The notes under the pieces: model-generated
Databases searched by the model: none
Told to the model about the DNA's origin: nothing
The model's input: only the letters and a program-made list of their open reading frames with translations
Position numbers and translations under genes: made by a program
Assembly (NCBI GenBank): GCA_043811375.1
Contig: JBDRNJ010000027.1
Coordinates: forward strand, 1 to 64,000
Length of the DNA stretch: 64,000 bases
Direction: 5' to 3'
Source of the DNA: a bacterium
Lineage (GTDB): Bacteria > Zixibacteria > MSB-5A5 > GN15 > FEB-12
Shown here: in pieces, positions 19,287 to 28,407 of the stretch
Numbering within the stretch: position 1 is the first letter of the stretch
Layout of the letters: every line of letters starts with the position of its first letter

Positions 19287-21332
19287 TTATTGCTGGGCTA
19301 ACCGGCTGGCGGATGTTAAGATGATTTTGCCGCGTTCCTTGTCTGGCAGTTGGAGAATTGCTCTGGCTATCCTTGCCTCCGCCGCCTTGGTCGTGGCCGC
19401 GATTATTCCGAGGTCGAACGGTGACATCTGCAGTTTTTTGACGGTCCTGTCAACATCACCTTTTCCGGTCTCAATTTCGACGACCCTTTTTGTCGATCCC
19501 TTCTGAATCACGATATCATATTGGTTGCCCGCATGCCGTACTTCCGTTGCCACGGTCCATCCCTGTTCCCGAAGCCGTGCTGCAATCCGGGCCTTCCAGT
19601 ATTCGTGGTCAAGACCGCCTTCCAGTGGCGATTGGGGAGCTTGTTGCCTTCCCAGAACCGGATATCCAGCGGGAGTAAGTTGCAGTAGGGCCACCCTACC
19701 CTTTGACGTTGAGACTTCAGTCTGGGTGATAAGTCCTGCTTGTCGCAGGATTTCCTTGGTCTTGTCTCCCATATAGGCAGATAGACTCAGCTGTCGATAT
19801 CGTTCAACGACGCTTAAGTTCGGATAGTCAGCTATACTTTCTAAAAAGCTCATCTGTGTCTCAGTCAGTTGAGTCGGCGGTGAGGATTCAGGGTCATTCT
19901 GTGAAGATTCGGCCCCTTCTACTTGCCTCTGGCGAAGAACCCGAATAGCTTCTTTCAGCATTTGCTGGCCATTATCAAACACTGTGGCAACCGAATAACT
20001 CCACATGAGGCCGCTGAGTGCTTTATCACTGATTCTGACGGCATTTCGTGATGATTCCGGCACCTGCGCAAGGAAAGCCTGGGGAACCCCGCTCAGCTTT
20101 ACTATAGCTTCACCGGGATGCAATAACTTGAGGTATTCACGGTCCTCCCCGTGAAGCCCAATGCTGTCGCAGATTGATCTGATATCTGCCTCGTTGTGCA
20201 TGTTGAAGACGAAATGGGTGTTAAGATTCGCCAGGGCACTGTTGGTCAGGCTGGAGGGCTGTTGATCGATGATGACAAAGCCCTCGCCTAGTTCTCTCAC
20301 CTGTCTAAGTATGCCATCCATAAGAGATTCCCTGTCTTCCAGGGCTTGCTTCTGCCGTGTCAGGATGTTATGAGCTTCCTCGATGAGGAAGACATGTTCC
20401 AGTGGCTTTCGGTGACCTTGGTTCAGCCTGGCGAAGTAGGTCCAGAGGCAGAGAGCTTCGGTGAAGAACGTTTTCTCGCTGTCGGTCAGACTTTCCAAAC
20501 CATACACGACCGGGACGTTTAACAATGGTCCGATTGAGAATGGAGTATTGAAGACTCGGCTGATACCACCGAACGAAAGCGCACCCAGAGCTCTTTTGGC
20601 GCTGTCAATCCACATAGCTTCACGGCCGTAGGCTTTCTTTTTTTCTATATGTGTGAGCGCCTCCTGGAAAGTAGGATACGCACACTGCGAATCCTCTCCT
20701 GCGTCGCCTGCGAGGTCGAAAAACGTCTGCTGCAGAATCCGCTCCACCCCATGTCCGAGAAACAAAGCGTGTTTCATGGCTTCGATGAGAAGCTTCAGCC
20801 AGTCCTCCCAATCCGTGTTTGGAGGTGGCAGCAGCGGGTTCCAGTAAAACGGTGATACTTGACTCCCGACAGTGAAATACAGCACAAGCGGGTCTGTTCG
20901 AGTCTTCAAGAGCGACCGGAAATTCTGCTTCCAGTCAAAAAGTGTGAACGGAATCCTGTTTTCAAGCAACTGGTCGACCAGGATGTGGACCAGATTGGTC
21001 TTGCCCGAGCCGGTCGTGCCCCAAATGCCCATATGCCTGGTCAGTTGCTTCTGCGTGATCTGAACCGACCCATAGGGAGAATCGCGATACTTGATTGTTC
21101 CCAGTGTGAGTTCTCCGGTAGGTGTCTCAGAAGGAGGCCGCAGAATAACATCAGGTTCGGCCAAATCCGGTCGGCAGTACCTCTGATAAAGCAGGTCGAT
21201 TACACCGCCGGCCTGGAGACGGTCTTTGACAGAGCTTCCCTGGTGGAATGCAGCCATTAGGCCATTGACCTGGCTGCCCAAAAGCGGTTCCAGTTTATCG
21301 AGTTTCTTGAGGTATACCTTTTCATCGGTCAT
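19287..21332 (-). CDS. HerA/VirD4-like (DUF87) ATPase fused to wHTH and PD-(D/E)XK nuclease
   Basis: RHMGIWGTTGSGKT, FDWK, LIEEAH, RELG, DQQPS; C-terminal LSVVERYRQLSLS...LTPAG wHTH, LDHEYW, YDIV...VEIETGK. Confidence 0.88.
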   Translation of the reverse strand: MTDEKVYLKKLDKLEPLLGSQVNGLMAAFHQGSSVKDRLQAGGVIDLLYQRYCRPDLAEPDVILRPPSETPTGELTLGTIKYRDSPYGSVQITQKQLTRHMGIWGTTGSGKTNLVHILVDQLLENRIPFTLFDWKQNFRSLLKTRTDPLVLYFTVGSQVSPFYWNPLLPPPNTDWEDWLKLLIEAMKHALFLGHGVERILQQTFFDLAGDAGEDSQCAYPTFQEALTHIEKKKAYGREAMWIDSAKRALGALSFGGISRVFNTPFSIGPLLNVPVVYGLESLTDSEKTFFTEALCLWTYFARLNQGHRKPLEHVFLIEEAHNILTRQKQALEDRESLMDGILRQVRELGEGFVIIDQQPSSLTNSALANLNTHFVFNMHNEADIRSICDSIGLHGEDREYLKLLHPGEAIVKLSGVPQAFLAQVPESSRNAVRISDKALSGLMWSYSVATVFDNGQQMLKEAIRVLRQRQVEGAESSQNDPESSPPTQLTETQMSFLESIADYPNLSVVERYRQLSLSAYMGDKTKEILRQAGLITQTEVSTSKGRVALLQLTPAGYPVLGRQQAPQSPLEGGLDHEYWKARIAARLREQGWTVATEVRHAGNQYDIVIQKGSTKRVVEIETGKGDVDRTVKKLQMSPFDLGIIAATTKAAEARIARAILQLPDKERGKIILTSASRLAQQ

Positions 21333-21423
21333 AGACAATTCCTGCTGCGCTGAACTGGTTACACAGACATACATCCGTAAGTGAGTGTGGCTGACGTGAT
21401 ATGCCTGATCGTAACTAACAATC

Positions 21424-21852
21424 TCACTTGAGACTTCTGCTGTTCTTTTTGGAGGAATTATTCTTTGCCTGCTGTTCCGCTCCCCTGACGGCTTCGAAAA
21501 GATCTCTGATGTCCCTGATGTCCCTCCTCAGGGTTTGAACATCCCTCCAGAAGTTGACTTTTTGTTCTCTGGTTTCTTTGCGAATACGGCACAGCCGCTC
21601 TTCCAACTCTAAGCGGCGCTTCTCGATGATTGGATCCACTCCAAGGGTCCATTTTGTCAGGTCATCTAGTGTGATTATGGTAGCCCGACCTTCCTCGCGT
21701 AGCGAGTCGACGCATTCTTTTTCGATACGATGCCGTTCCTTTACCTCTTTCAAGAGTTCGTCCATCTTGGTTCTTATTCTGGCTGCCACCAGGTTCTTGA
21801 TTTCAGGTTCTGGGCTCCTTTGATTGGAGTTTTTTCGGGGCATAGGAATCAC
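21424..21852 (-). CDS. Coiled-coil hypothetical protein
   Basis: Charged heptad-rich 142-aa ORF upstream of the ATPase; a degenerate paralogue lies at 22746-22967. Confidence 0.7.
   Translation of the reverse strand: MIPMPRKNSNQRSPEPEIKNLVAARIRTKMDELLKEVKERHRIEKECVDSLREEGRATIITLDDLTKWTLGVDPIIEKRRLELEERLCRIRKETREQKVNFWRDVQTLRRDIRDIRDLFEAVRGAEQQAKNNSSKKNSRSLK
21713..21852. repeat. Direct repeat copy 1 (~140 bp)
   Basis: Aligns ungapped, with scattered substitutions, to 22828-22967. Confidence 0.9.
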
Positions 21853-22288
21853 TGAGGTTGTTGGGGTGAATTGGTGGCAGAGTTTATATTGACTGCGGGC
21901 GAGAGCAATGTCAAAGTACGTGATTAAAGATTTGTCAGCAACATGGCGTCTGAGAATTGACGGGATTCAAGGCTTGCCAAGATGTTTTTCTCGGACGTGA
22001 GTCCGCCGGTAGTAGACACAGCTCTCCATCTGCTAATACTCCTCACATTTTCGTGGGACTAAGCTTGACGGCTTAGGATGTTATTGTATTATTGTATCTG
22101 CTCCCTTTCTGGCTCGTCCTTTGGTTCATCTCTTGGCTCATTCTATCTTGCGATTATGAATTATGTCTCTAAGCTGGTCACGCGGGCATTTGTTTGAAAA
22201 GTGCTGATATCAAGTGGCAGGCCTAATAGGTTGAGTTTATAAATACTAGTTTCACCAATTATAATACAGCTATGATTATTATAGCGGG

Positions 22289-22711
22289 TTGTTCGATAGT
22301 ATGATTCGGTGTTTTGAGTTTAGAATCAAAGACAAGGAAAGAATTCACGACGTCGGCCTTAGATTGAACATCATGCAAACACTTCCAGATGATCTAGAAG
22401 GAAGAGCTGACAATGTGGGAGATGTTGTAGTTGTAAGATTGAAAGGGGAAGAAAAAAGAGTCAAGGAATTCTATAATCAGCTTAGGAGCGAACTTCCCAA
22501 TAATCCTCTTGTTCTCACTCAACTTAGTACAATACCAAATATAATAATAAAGACTGAGAGATCCTACAACAGGCTTCAATGTGAACAGATGGGCAAGTTT
22601 GTTGATATTGGTATTGAGATGAGAGATGCAATGAATGAAGGCTTCAAGGATGTTAAAAACACACTTAAAGATTTGCCAAAAGATCTAGCCAAAGCAATTA
22701 AAGAATCTTGA
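22289..22711 (+). CDS. Acylphosphatase-like protein with C-terminal helical tail (archaeal type)
   Basis: RIHDVGLR...LEGRADN...VVVRLKGEEKRVKEFY acylphosphatase fold, followed by EQMGKFVDIGIEM tail. AT-rich DNA. Confidence 0.7.
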   Translation: MFDSMIRCFEFRIKDKERIHDVGLRLNIMQTLPDDLEGRADNVGDVVVVRLKGEEKRVKEFYNQLRSELPNNPLVLTQLSTIPNIIIKTERSYNRLQCEQMGKFVDIGIEMRDAMNEGFKDVKNTLKDLPKDLAKAIKES

Positions 22712-22745
22712 TTCCGGTTGCAACTTATTAAACAGATGTTACTTC

Positions 22746-22967
22746 TTAGACAAATCTGGTTATGGGAATTTTATTCAGGTCTTGCGACAGTCTTGGAGCA
22801 TGCTTTTCATCATGCAGAAATTTCAGGCATCCTTTTTCGATACGGTGCCGTTCCCTTACCTCTTTCAAGAGCTCATCCATCTTGGTTCTTGTTCTGGCCG
22901 CGACCAAGTTCTTGATCTCGGGTCCGCGACTAGTCTGGTGGGAGTTCTGTCGAGGCATTGACATCAC
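22746..22967 (-). pseudogene. Truncated paralogue of the coiled-coil gene (repeat copy 2)
   Basis: PEIKNLVAAR.RTKMDELLKEV.ERHRIEK is shared with 21424-21852; the sequence then diverges. Confidence 0.8.
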
Positions 22968-23363
22968 ATAACTGGATTTGTATGAATTGTATCAGGGATT
23001 GAAATTGGTTGCGCGCGATGAGGTGGCCAGAAAAGCTTTCCTGCTGGTGTACTCAAAGCGGACTTTCCACAGCCCTTTAACGATCGACAGAAAGGGATTG
23101 CGCTTCTGACAGTACTTCAATATGATATTGCGAGAGGTGGTTGAGTATTCGTAATGATGTGTGCGATGGCGTAACAGAATGGTTTTCTTCTCGGTTCCTG
23201 CCAGCAGGTATCCGCCTTGGAAGCAAAGGATCGTAGGTTCGAGTCCTGTTTGGGGTAGAGTATACGAGATCATATCGGTGTTGAGTTCACCGAGCAAGTC
23301 AGATTGACAAACCTTTGGTAGTGTACCGGTGTCAAACAGGTGAAGTAAGGAGGACCGCGGATA

Positions 23364-23966
23364 ATGGACAAGTGGTATCTGAGAATTTCCATGGTGCGGG
23401 GTCTTGCGATCAAAAAGGTCTTTCGGGATTTGAAGAGGGAACTGATCCGGAGATTTCCAGTCGATAAGATCAGTACATGGGATAAGGAAATCGGAGAATT
23501 CGGTGGTCCTCACGAGACGAGTTCGGACGAATTAGACAGTAAACACCGTGAACTCTCCTCCAATTATAAGGGCCGCTACTGCTACGAATCTGAGTACCAT
23601 AGAAAACTACACACAGTAAAAAAGCGCTGCCGCGAGGTAAGCGAGGCAAAGACTACAGCAATGATCTTGCAGAAGTTGGCGACTCGCAGTGATGAATTCT
23701 CAGCTGAAGTGGGGAGCCCCGTCGAGCAGATTGAGTATACCTCTTCTTACGCGTATTTTGGTCGTTACGATTGCCGAATCACAGTATTTTCTGGACCTCA
23801 TATTGATAAAGGATTTGAGCTCTTGGAGTGGTTAAATCAATTAGGACTTCCATACGACACGTACAAAAAGGCTCTGCAAATGGCAGCAAGTATTGTAGGA
23901 CAGGGGGGGGATACATTGGAATGTATTGAGGAACGAATCGAAGGGTCTTTTATGTCTCATGGATAA
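23364..23966 (+). CDS. Hypothetical protein
   Basis: 200-aa ORF with AAGGAGG upstream. Confidence 0.65.
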   Translation: MDKWYLRISMVRGLAIKKVFRDLKRELIRRFPVDKISTWDKEIGEFGGPHETSSDELDSKHRELSSNYKGRYCYESEYHRKLHTVKKRCREVSEAKTTAMILQKLATRSDEFSAEVGSPVEQIEYTSSYAYFGRYDCRITVFSGPHIDKGFELLEWLNQLGLPYDTYKKALQMAASIVGQGGDTLECIEERIEGSFMSHG

Positions 23967-24398
23967 AACAGAATGTATCAGTGTAAGCGATAGGTCGCCG
24001 ATACTACGGATACGTGGCTAAGAGTTTTGGCAACAATCCTGTAGTTCACCCAACGGGTGGGTTCCTCTTCGAGCGAACTCGATACTCAGGATTCGCGAAT
24101 CGTTCAGCTCGGGGTAATCGGTCAGAAACATGCAGACAATGGAAAGTGTTGTCTATGTATGTCATCGAAAGAGCAAGGATTTGACCTATCGAACTGAATT
24201 CTCTTTTGTGAACCTCTTCTGGAGATAGATTAAATGGCTTTTACACAAACCTGGGTGGCTCTCCAAGGCCACCTCAAAGTAGGTACTATCATTCCCAATT
24301 GGACCAAAGACCACGGATATCTTGGCGATTCATTCTCGATTATATCGGTTAGGGTCCAGAATCAACGGAGTTGATTGCTTGCTCGCGTGCGGCGCAAT

Positions 24399-25430
24399 CT
24401 ATACTTCATCATTCTGTTCCTCATCTATGATGTCGTGCAGTTCCAGCCAGCATATGGTGCGGTAAAACCAGGTCTTGGTCAAACGAATCCCAACAGAGTC
24501 TGGCTTGAGTCGAAGGAATCTGATGAGAGCTATGACATATGGCGCACTGTACGCGATAACACCGACTATTATAACCTCAGATTCAAATGGAAGTGTCAGA
24601 ACGTGTTTACCGACATCCGCTGGTCCTCCCCGAATGAATTTCGCTGAGAACACTATGAATACAGCAATTGATCCCACAATTGAGACGTTGGCACTGTTGA
24701 GAAAACAGGTAGCGGCAGCCAGCAGTTTTCTCCTATCAACCTTGGAATCACGTAGCTGGCGTGCAAAGAAGTCGGATAGGTGAAACATCAGCACAAGAGG
24801 GATGTAGCCGACGCAGAGTAGGAACACATTGACGGCACCTTCCACAAGCTGTAACGTTCGTATTGATGCGATGCTCGAATTGCAGAAGAACGTTCCGACT
24901 ATTGGCAATAGCGGTTCAGCCCGACAACTTTCTAGATACGTGATTATGGCAATGGATATTGCAGCCGCGTAAACGACCCAGTATTCTGATTTCCATACAA
25001 GGCTGGAAGCCAGCCTCGGCTCGCAGGACTGAGGGATTCGCCTGACTGACCTGTGCATCAGCCCCACGAGTACCATAGCAGCCAATAGTATCCATAGAGT
25101 ACCGTCATCCAGCCGACTGGAAACCCCCCGTCCGATGAGTCTGATACCGGTGAAATCCCTGTAATCCTCTTGCACTACAAGGCCCACGGCGTCGGCACTG
25201 ATCGAGTCCCTGTTATGTTTGTCGAGTACTTGGAGTCGAACCGAAGGCCTGATGCTCCGCTTGTCAGTATCTTCGGGCATGCTTTGGCCTTCCGGTATTC
25301 CTACAATTACGACCTCGTTTGCAGCCAATAGGCAAGTCTGGGCGATCTTCAAGACAAAATGGAAGGCGACCGCCACTAGGAGGATATTGAGAACCAGTCT
25401 TGTCGTACGTTCGGCAGTATGTCTACTCAT
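24399..25430 (-). CDS. Multi-pass membrane protein
   Basis: About six hydrophobic segments. Confidence 0.65.
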   Translation of the reverse strand: MSRHTAERTTRLVLNILLVAVAFHFVLKIAQTCLLAANEVVIVGIPEGQSMPEDTDKRSIRPSVRLQVLDKHNRDSISADAVGLVVQEDYRDFTGIRLIGRGVSSRLDDGTLWILLAAMVLVGLMHRSVRRIPQSCEPRLASSLVWKSEYWVVYAAAISIAIITYLESCRAEPLLPIVGTFFCNSSIASIRTLQLVEGAVNVFLLCVGYIPLVLMFHLSDFFARQLRDSKVDRRKLLAAATCFLNSANVSIVGSIAVFIVFSAKFIRGGPADVGKHVLTLPFESEVIIVGVIAYSAPYVIALIRFLRLKPDSVGIRLTKTWFYRTICWLELHDIIDEEQNDEV

Positions 25431-25539
25431 GAGTGCCCACAGTGGATTGGCGTGACACCGAACTTACAGTCTTTAAGGCAGAGATTCAAGAGTTCGCCCA
25501 AACAGATGCAGTCAATGATCGTACATCTGGCAAGAGTTG

Positions 25540-26199
25540 TCAAGATTCTACCCACGAACACCCCCTGCCAAGTGTCCCCTCCCGAGGACTAGATTGAAAC
25601 TGTTTGAGCATGATAGTCGAGGAGTCTGTCCCGTATTTTCGTGCACTGTCATAGCTGGCACTCGCTTCCTGCTTCCTACCCAGATAGCCCAGAACAGTTG
25701 ACCGCAAGAACCAAGCTGTTCCAGAACTACGATTCATGAGAATCGCTCGGTCAATACTATGTAGCGCGGAATTGAGTGCTCGCATAGCACTATCATTCTG
25801 GTTTCGTTGTGCTAAGTCCTCTCCCCACATGGCCAAAGCGCCACCTTCGAGCTCAAATGCGCTTGAGCGGAGTTCCTGGCTAAGTGCGGTGTCTGCGGCG
25901 AGCCTCCGAAAACTTGTGACGGCATCACGGTATTGTCCCATTGTCAACTTGAACACCCCCTCGTCTATCAACTCTTCGTATGCGGCAGCTGACTGGTTTA
26001 CTTTTGACATCTCTACTTTGATCTGCTCGAGAAAGTCAGGCCATAAGGCAACAAAGTAGAACAGGAACGGTACAGTTATCAACCAGATAAGGCGACTTCG
26101 CCTTAGTTTGATCTTCTTATAAGCTCTCCATGCACCCCTATCTGTCACCCAAAGTAGAGAGCCAAAGACAAAAATCACAAGCACTATCACTAACCACAT
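25540..26199 (-). CDS. Membrane-anchored TPR protein
   Basis: Two N-terminal TM segments; TPR-like AWFLRSTVLGYLGRKQEASASYDSA. RBS GGAGG. Confidence 0.75.
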   Translation of the reverse strand: MWLVIVLVIFVFGSLLWVTDRGAWRAYKKIKLRRSRLIWLITVPFLFYFVALWPDFLEQIKVEMSKVNQSAAAYEELIDEGVFKLTMGQYRDAVTSFRRLAADTALSQELRSSAFELEGGALAMWGEDLAQRNQNDSAMRALNSALHSIDRAILMNRSSGTAWFLRSTVLGYLGRKQEASASYDSARKYGTDSSTIMLKQFQSSPREGTLGRGCSWVES

Positions 26200-26608
26200 C
26201 TCAAGCCTCCATTGGTGAGCGGCGAATGTTCAAATTCGACGTCCATACAGCAATCAAAGACGATTCTTTCCAAAGGCGTTACCCAGAGGACTGAATCGTA
26301 TGTCGTCGAACAATTCGGGCAGGTTGATACCTCAGGTTATGACGCGCTTTGCCCGATGTCAACTGCTAATCCATTTGCATGAATGCAATAGGAAATCTCG
26401 TTTCGATGGATTGAGTTCTGTGTATTGAGTAATCCAAGTGAGCGTAAGTGAATGTTTGATAATATCTTACGACAATGGCGAGGGGCTTGGGATACATATC
26501 GAACTCTGATAGGCATAGGGGGACTTAGGATTCGAACTATTGAGGAGTTGCCCGTTAAAGAAATCACGAGTTAGGCAGCTTCCACAGGTTGAACTTGGTC
26601 AAAGAAGG

Positions 26609-26645
26609 TCGTTTCGAAGCTGAAGCGCAGATGGGCGCCGGAGCC
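26609..26645. repeat. 37-bp direct repeat copy 1
   Basis: TCGTTTCGAAGCTGAAGCGCAGATGGGCGCCGGAGCC; two mismatches to 27491-27527. Confidence 0.9.
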
Positions 26646-26652
26646 ATTCTAA

Positions 26653-27261
26653 TCAGCGTTGACCTTGGTGGAACAGTGCTGGACGTCCATAACCGAACGT
26701 ATAGCCTAAAGGCCATTCACATCGAACATCTAAGTCGAGAGACTTGAGTAAGAAGAAAACTGTGTGCCCGGGTGTGTGAGCAAACCTGTGTGTGCTAGTA
26801 TCTGTTAGTTTTCGTAGTTTTCGTTCACCCAGCTTTGCTGACAGGCGGGCACGTAGATAAAGCAGCAGCCAGTCCCGATACGCTGGAATCAGCATTGACT
26901 CGAAAGCGTGGATCAACTCATGAAGAAGAGTGCATTTCGATTCAGTATCACTTAATCCAGTTTTGACTAAGATAGTCCGCTTTTTCGAGTCACATCGCCC
27001 AAGTGTCGACGATCTAAAACGGCGGTAACGGAAAGCCCACCGGACGATTGTGAGACTGCCAGGATCTTGGAGGTCCAACTTTTCCTCTCTTCCGTCGTCA
27101 TGCTTAAAAAATGCTAACCGGTTGAGAATATACCGAGATTGAAGAGTGAGATCGCGGAAATACCGATACTCGTATCGTTGTGCCTGGAGGTACAATTCCC
27201 ACTCATCTTCCGTCCTTGAGTGGATCCATCCTTCAAAGGCGTTCTCTCTTTGATGCTTCAT
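26653..27261 (-). CDS. SprT/zincin-like metallopeptidase
   Basis: LGRC...TILV...TLLHELIH...HT.GH..FF pattern. TTGACA-17-TAAGGT promoter at ~27340-27368. Confidence 0.7.
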   Translation of the reverse strand: MKHQRENAFEGWIHSRTEDEWELYLQAQRYEYRYFRDLTLQSRYILNRLAFFKHDDGREEKLDLQDPGSLTIVRWAFRYRRFRSSTLGRCDSKKRTILVKTGLSDTESKCTLLHELIHAFESMLIPAYRDWLLLYLRARLSAKLGERKLRKLTDTSTHRFAHTPGHTVFFLLKSLDLDVRCEWPLGYTFGYGRPALFHQGQR

Positions 27262-27490
27262 ACCACCCAGCCTTGTATGTCATTTCTCATCAGCCACCTA
27301 CGAGCATATTCGAGGCGCCCTATCGGTTTTAGCTCCCTAACCTTAGTTCAATTTGGCTCTTCTGTCAAGCTGTAGAATGTGTATGCTCGTTAAACCGTAA
27401 TCCAAGAACATTTATATAATTGGGGGTAGCCACTGGCCTTCTCCATATTGACATATAGTTCTTGCAACGCCAGAACTTGGGTGCATGCTC

Positions 27491-27527
27491 TCGCTTCGAA
27501 GCTGAAACGCAGATGGGCGCCGGAGCC
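27491..27527. repeat. 37-bp direct repeat copy 2
   Basis: TCGCTTCGAAGCTGAAACGCAGATGGGCGCCGGAGCC. Confidence 0.9.
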
Positions 27528-27700
27528 GCCCGCAAGGGGACGGCTCCTGTTCGGAAGTCTCCGAACCGCCACATTCTGCCTTTCCACTGCCTGTGGCAGC
27601 GGCGCTTCTCGCTCACCCTTCGGGGTTCACTGCTGACAGGAGGTAAAAGGATAGTATAGGGCGCGCGTCAGCGGGTCCTTTTAGATCAAGAGGTGAAAAG

Positions 27701-27856
27701 ATGAGAGAGACGACTGAAGAATACGATGACGAATCCCACGAATTTGCTGTGTGCGGTTTGTGTGACAACGAGTTCGTTCCCTGTGGAAACCGGCAGTGCT
27801 GGGGCAATGATTATTGCCCCGATTGTATAGAACCTAAGGAGTTGGTGAGAAAATGA
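27701..27856 (+). CDS. Small Cys-rich zinc-finger protein (51 aa, absent from the ORF track)
   Basis: GAGGTGA RBS; MRETTEEYDDESHEFAVCGLCDNEFVPCGNRQCWGNDYCPDCIEPKELVRK; ATGA overlap with the next gene. Confidence 0.7.
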   Translation: MRETTEEYDDESHEFAVCGLCDNEFVPCGNRQCWGNDYCPDCIEPKELVRK

Positions 27857-28143
27857 CCATGGGGAGAATAATCCGCAACGGTGACGGCTTCGAGTTTGTC
27901 GAGTTGGACGAGCTTGAGCAGGACGAGATTATCAGGTGTGCAATCGACAGGAACCTAAACCTCTACACGCGTGTGGAAAAGTCTGTTCAGGAGCATTTGT
28001 TGGCAACTCATATGCATGATCCCAGCGACTTGCAGAGGCAATTAGCTCTGGCCATCTTTGAAGTAGTGGCAGTTAGAGCAAATGTGCTGCTGAGAAGTGA
28101 GCTCAGCCGCAAGATACATTGGACAAAAGAAGGTCAAGGATAG
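27853..28143 (+). CDS. Hypothetical protein
   Basis: 96 aa, translationally coupled to the zinc-finger gene. Confidence 0.65.
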   Translation: MTMGRIIRNGDGFEFVELDELEQDEIIRCAIDRNLNLYTRVEKSVQEHLLATHMHDPSDLQRQLALAIFEVVAVRANVLLRSELSRKIHWTKEGQG

Positions 28144-28407
28144 ACTGAGGAGTCAAAGGCTGGGCTCCGAACCGACACTTGGGCAGGAGCATAAGGTCCT
28201 CATGGCAAAGAAGGACTCATCCAACCAGAAGCTCTGTTACAAGAGAGCCTTTCTGGTTCCAATGACTGCGAGAACGCTACGGAGTTGGCCGCGATGCAGG
28301 AGAATCGTCTGAATGTGGAAAATTGGCAGCTTGCTTTAGCTGACCGGTTGTACTATTATTGATAAGACTCTGTGAATGCGTACTTGGCACAGATGTAGGA
28401 ATTTTGC

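Noticed and set aside
19620..20410. TTCCAGTGG mini-ORB-like motifs
   Set aside because: They lie inside the ATPase coding sequence, lack the full ORB/G-string, and the Cdc6-like protein has no wH domain.
26215..26580. Integron attC-like cores (GTTAGGC at ~26570, GTTATGA at ~26336) and a hairpin at 26220-26320
   Set aside because: No matching complementary R/L boxes at the expected distance, and no IntI-type integrase in the window.
26609..27527. 37-bp repeats as a CRISPR array
   Set aside because: Only two copies, 882 bp apart, and no cas genes.
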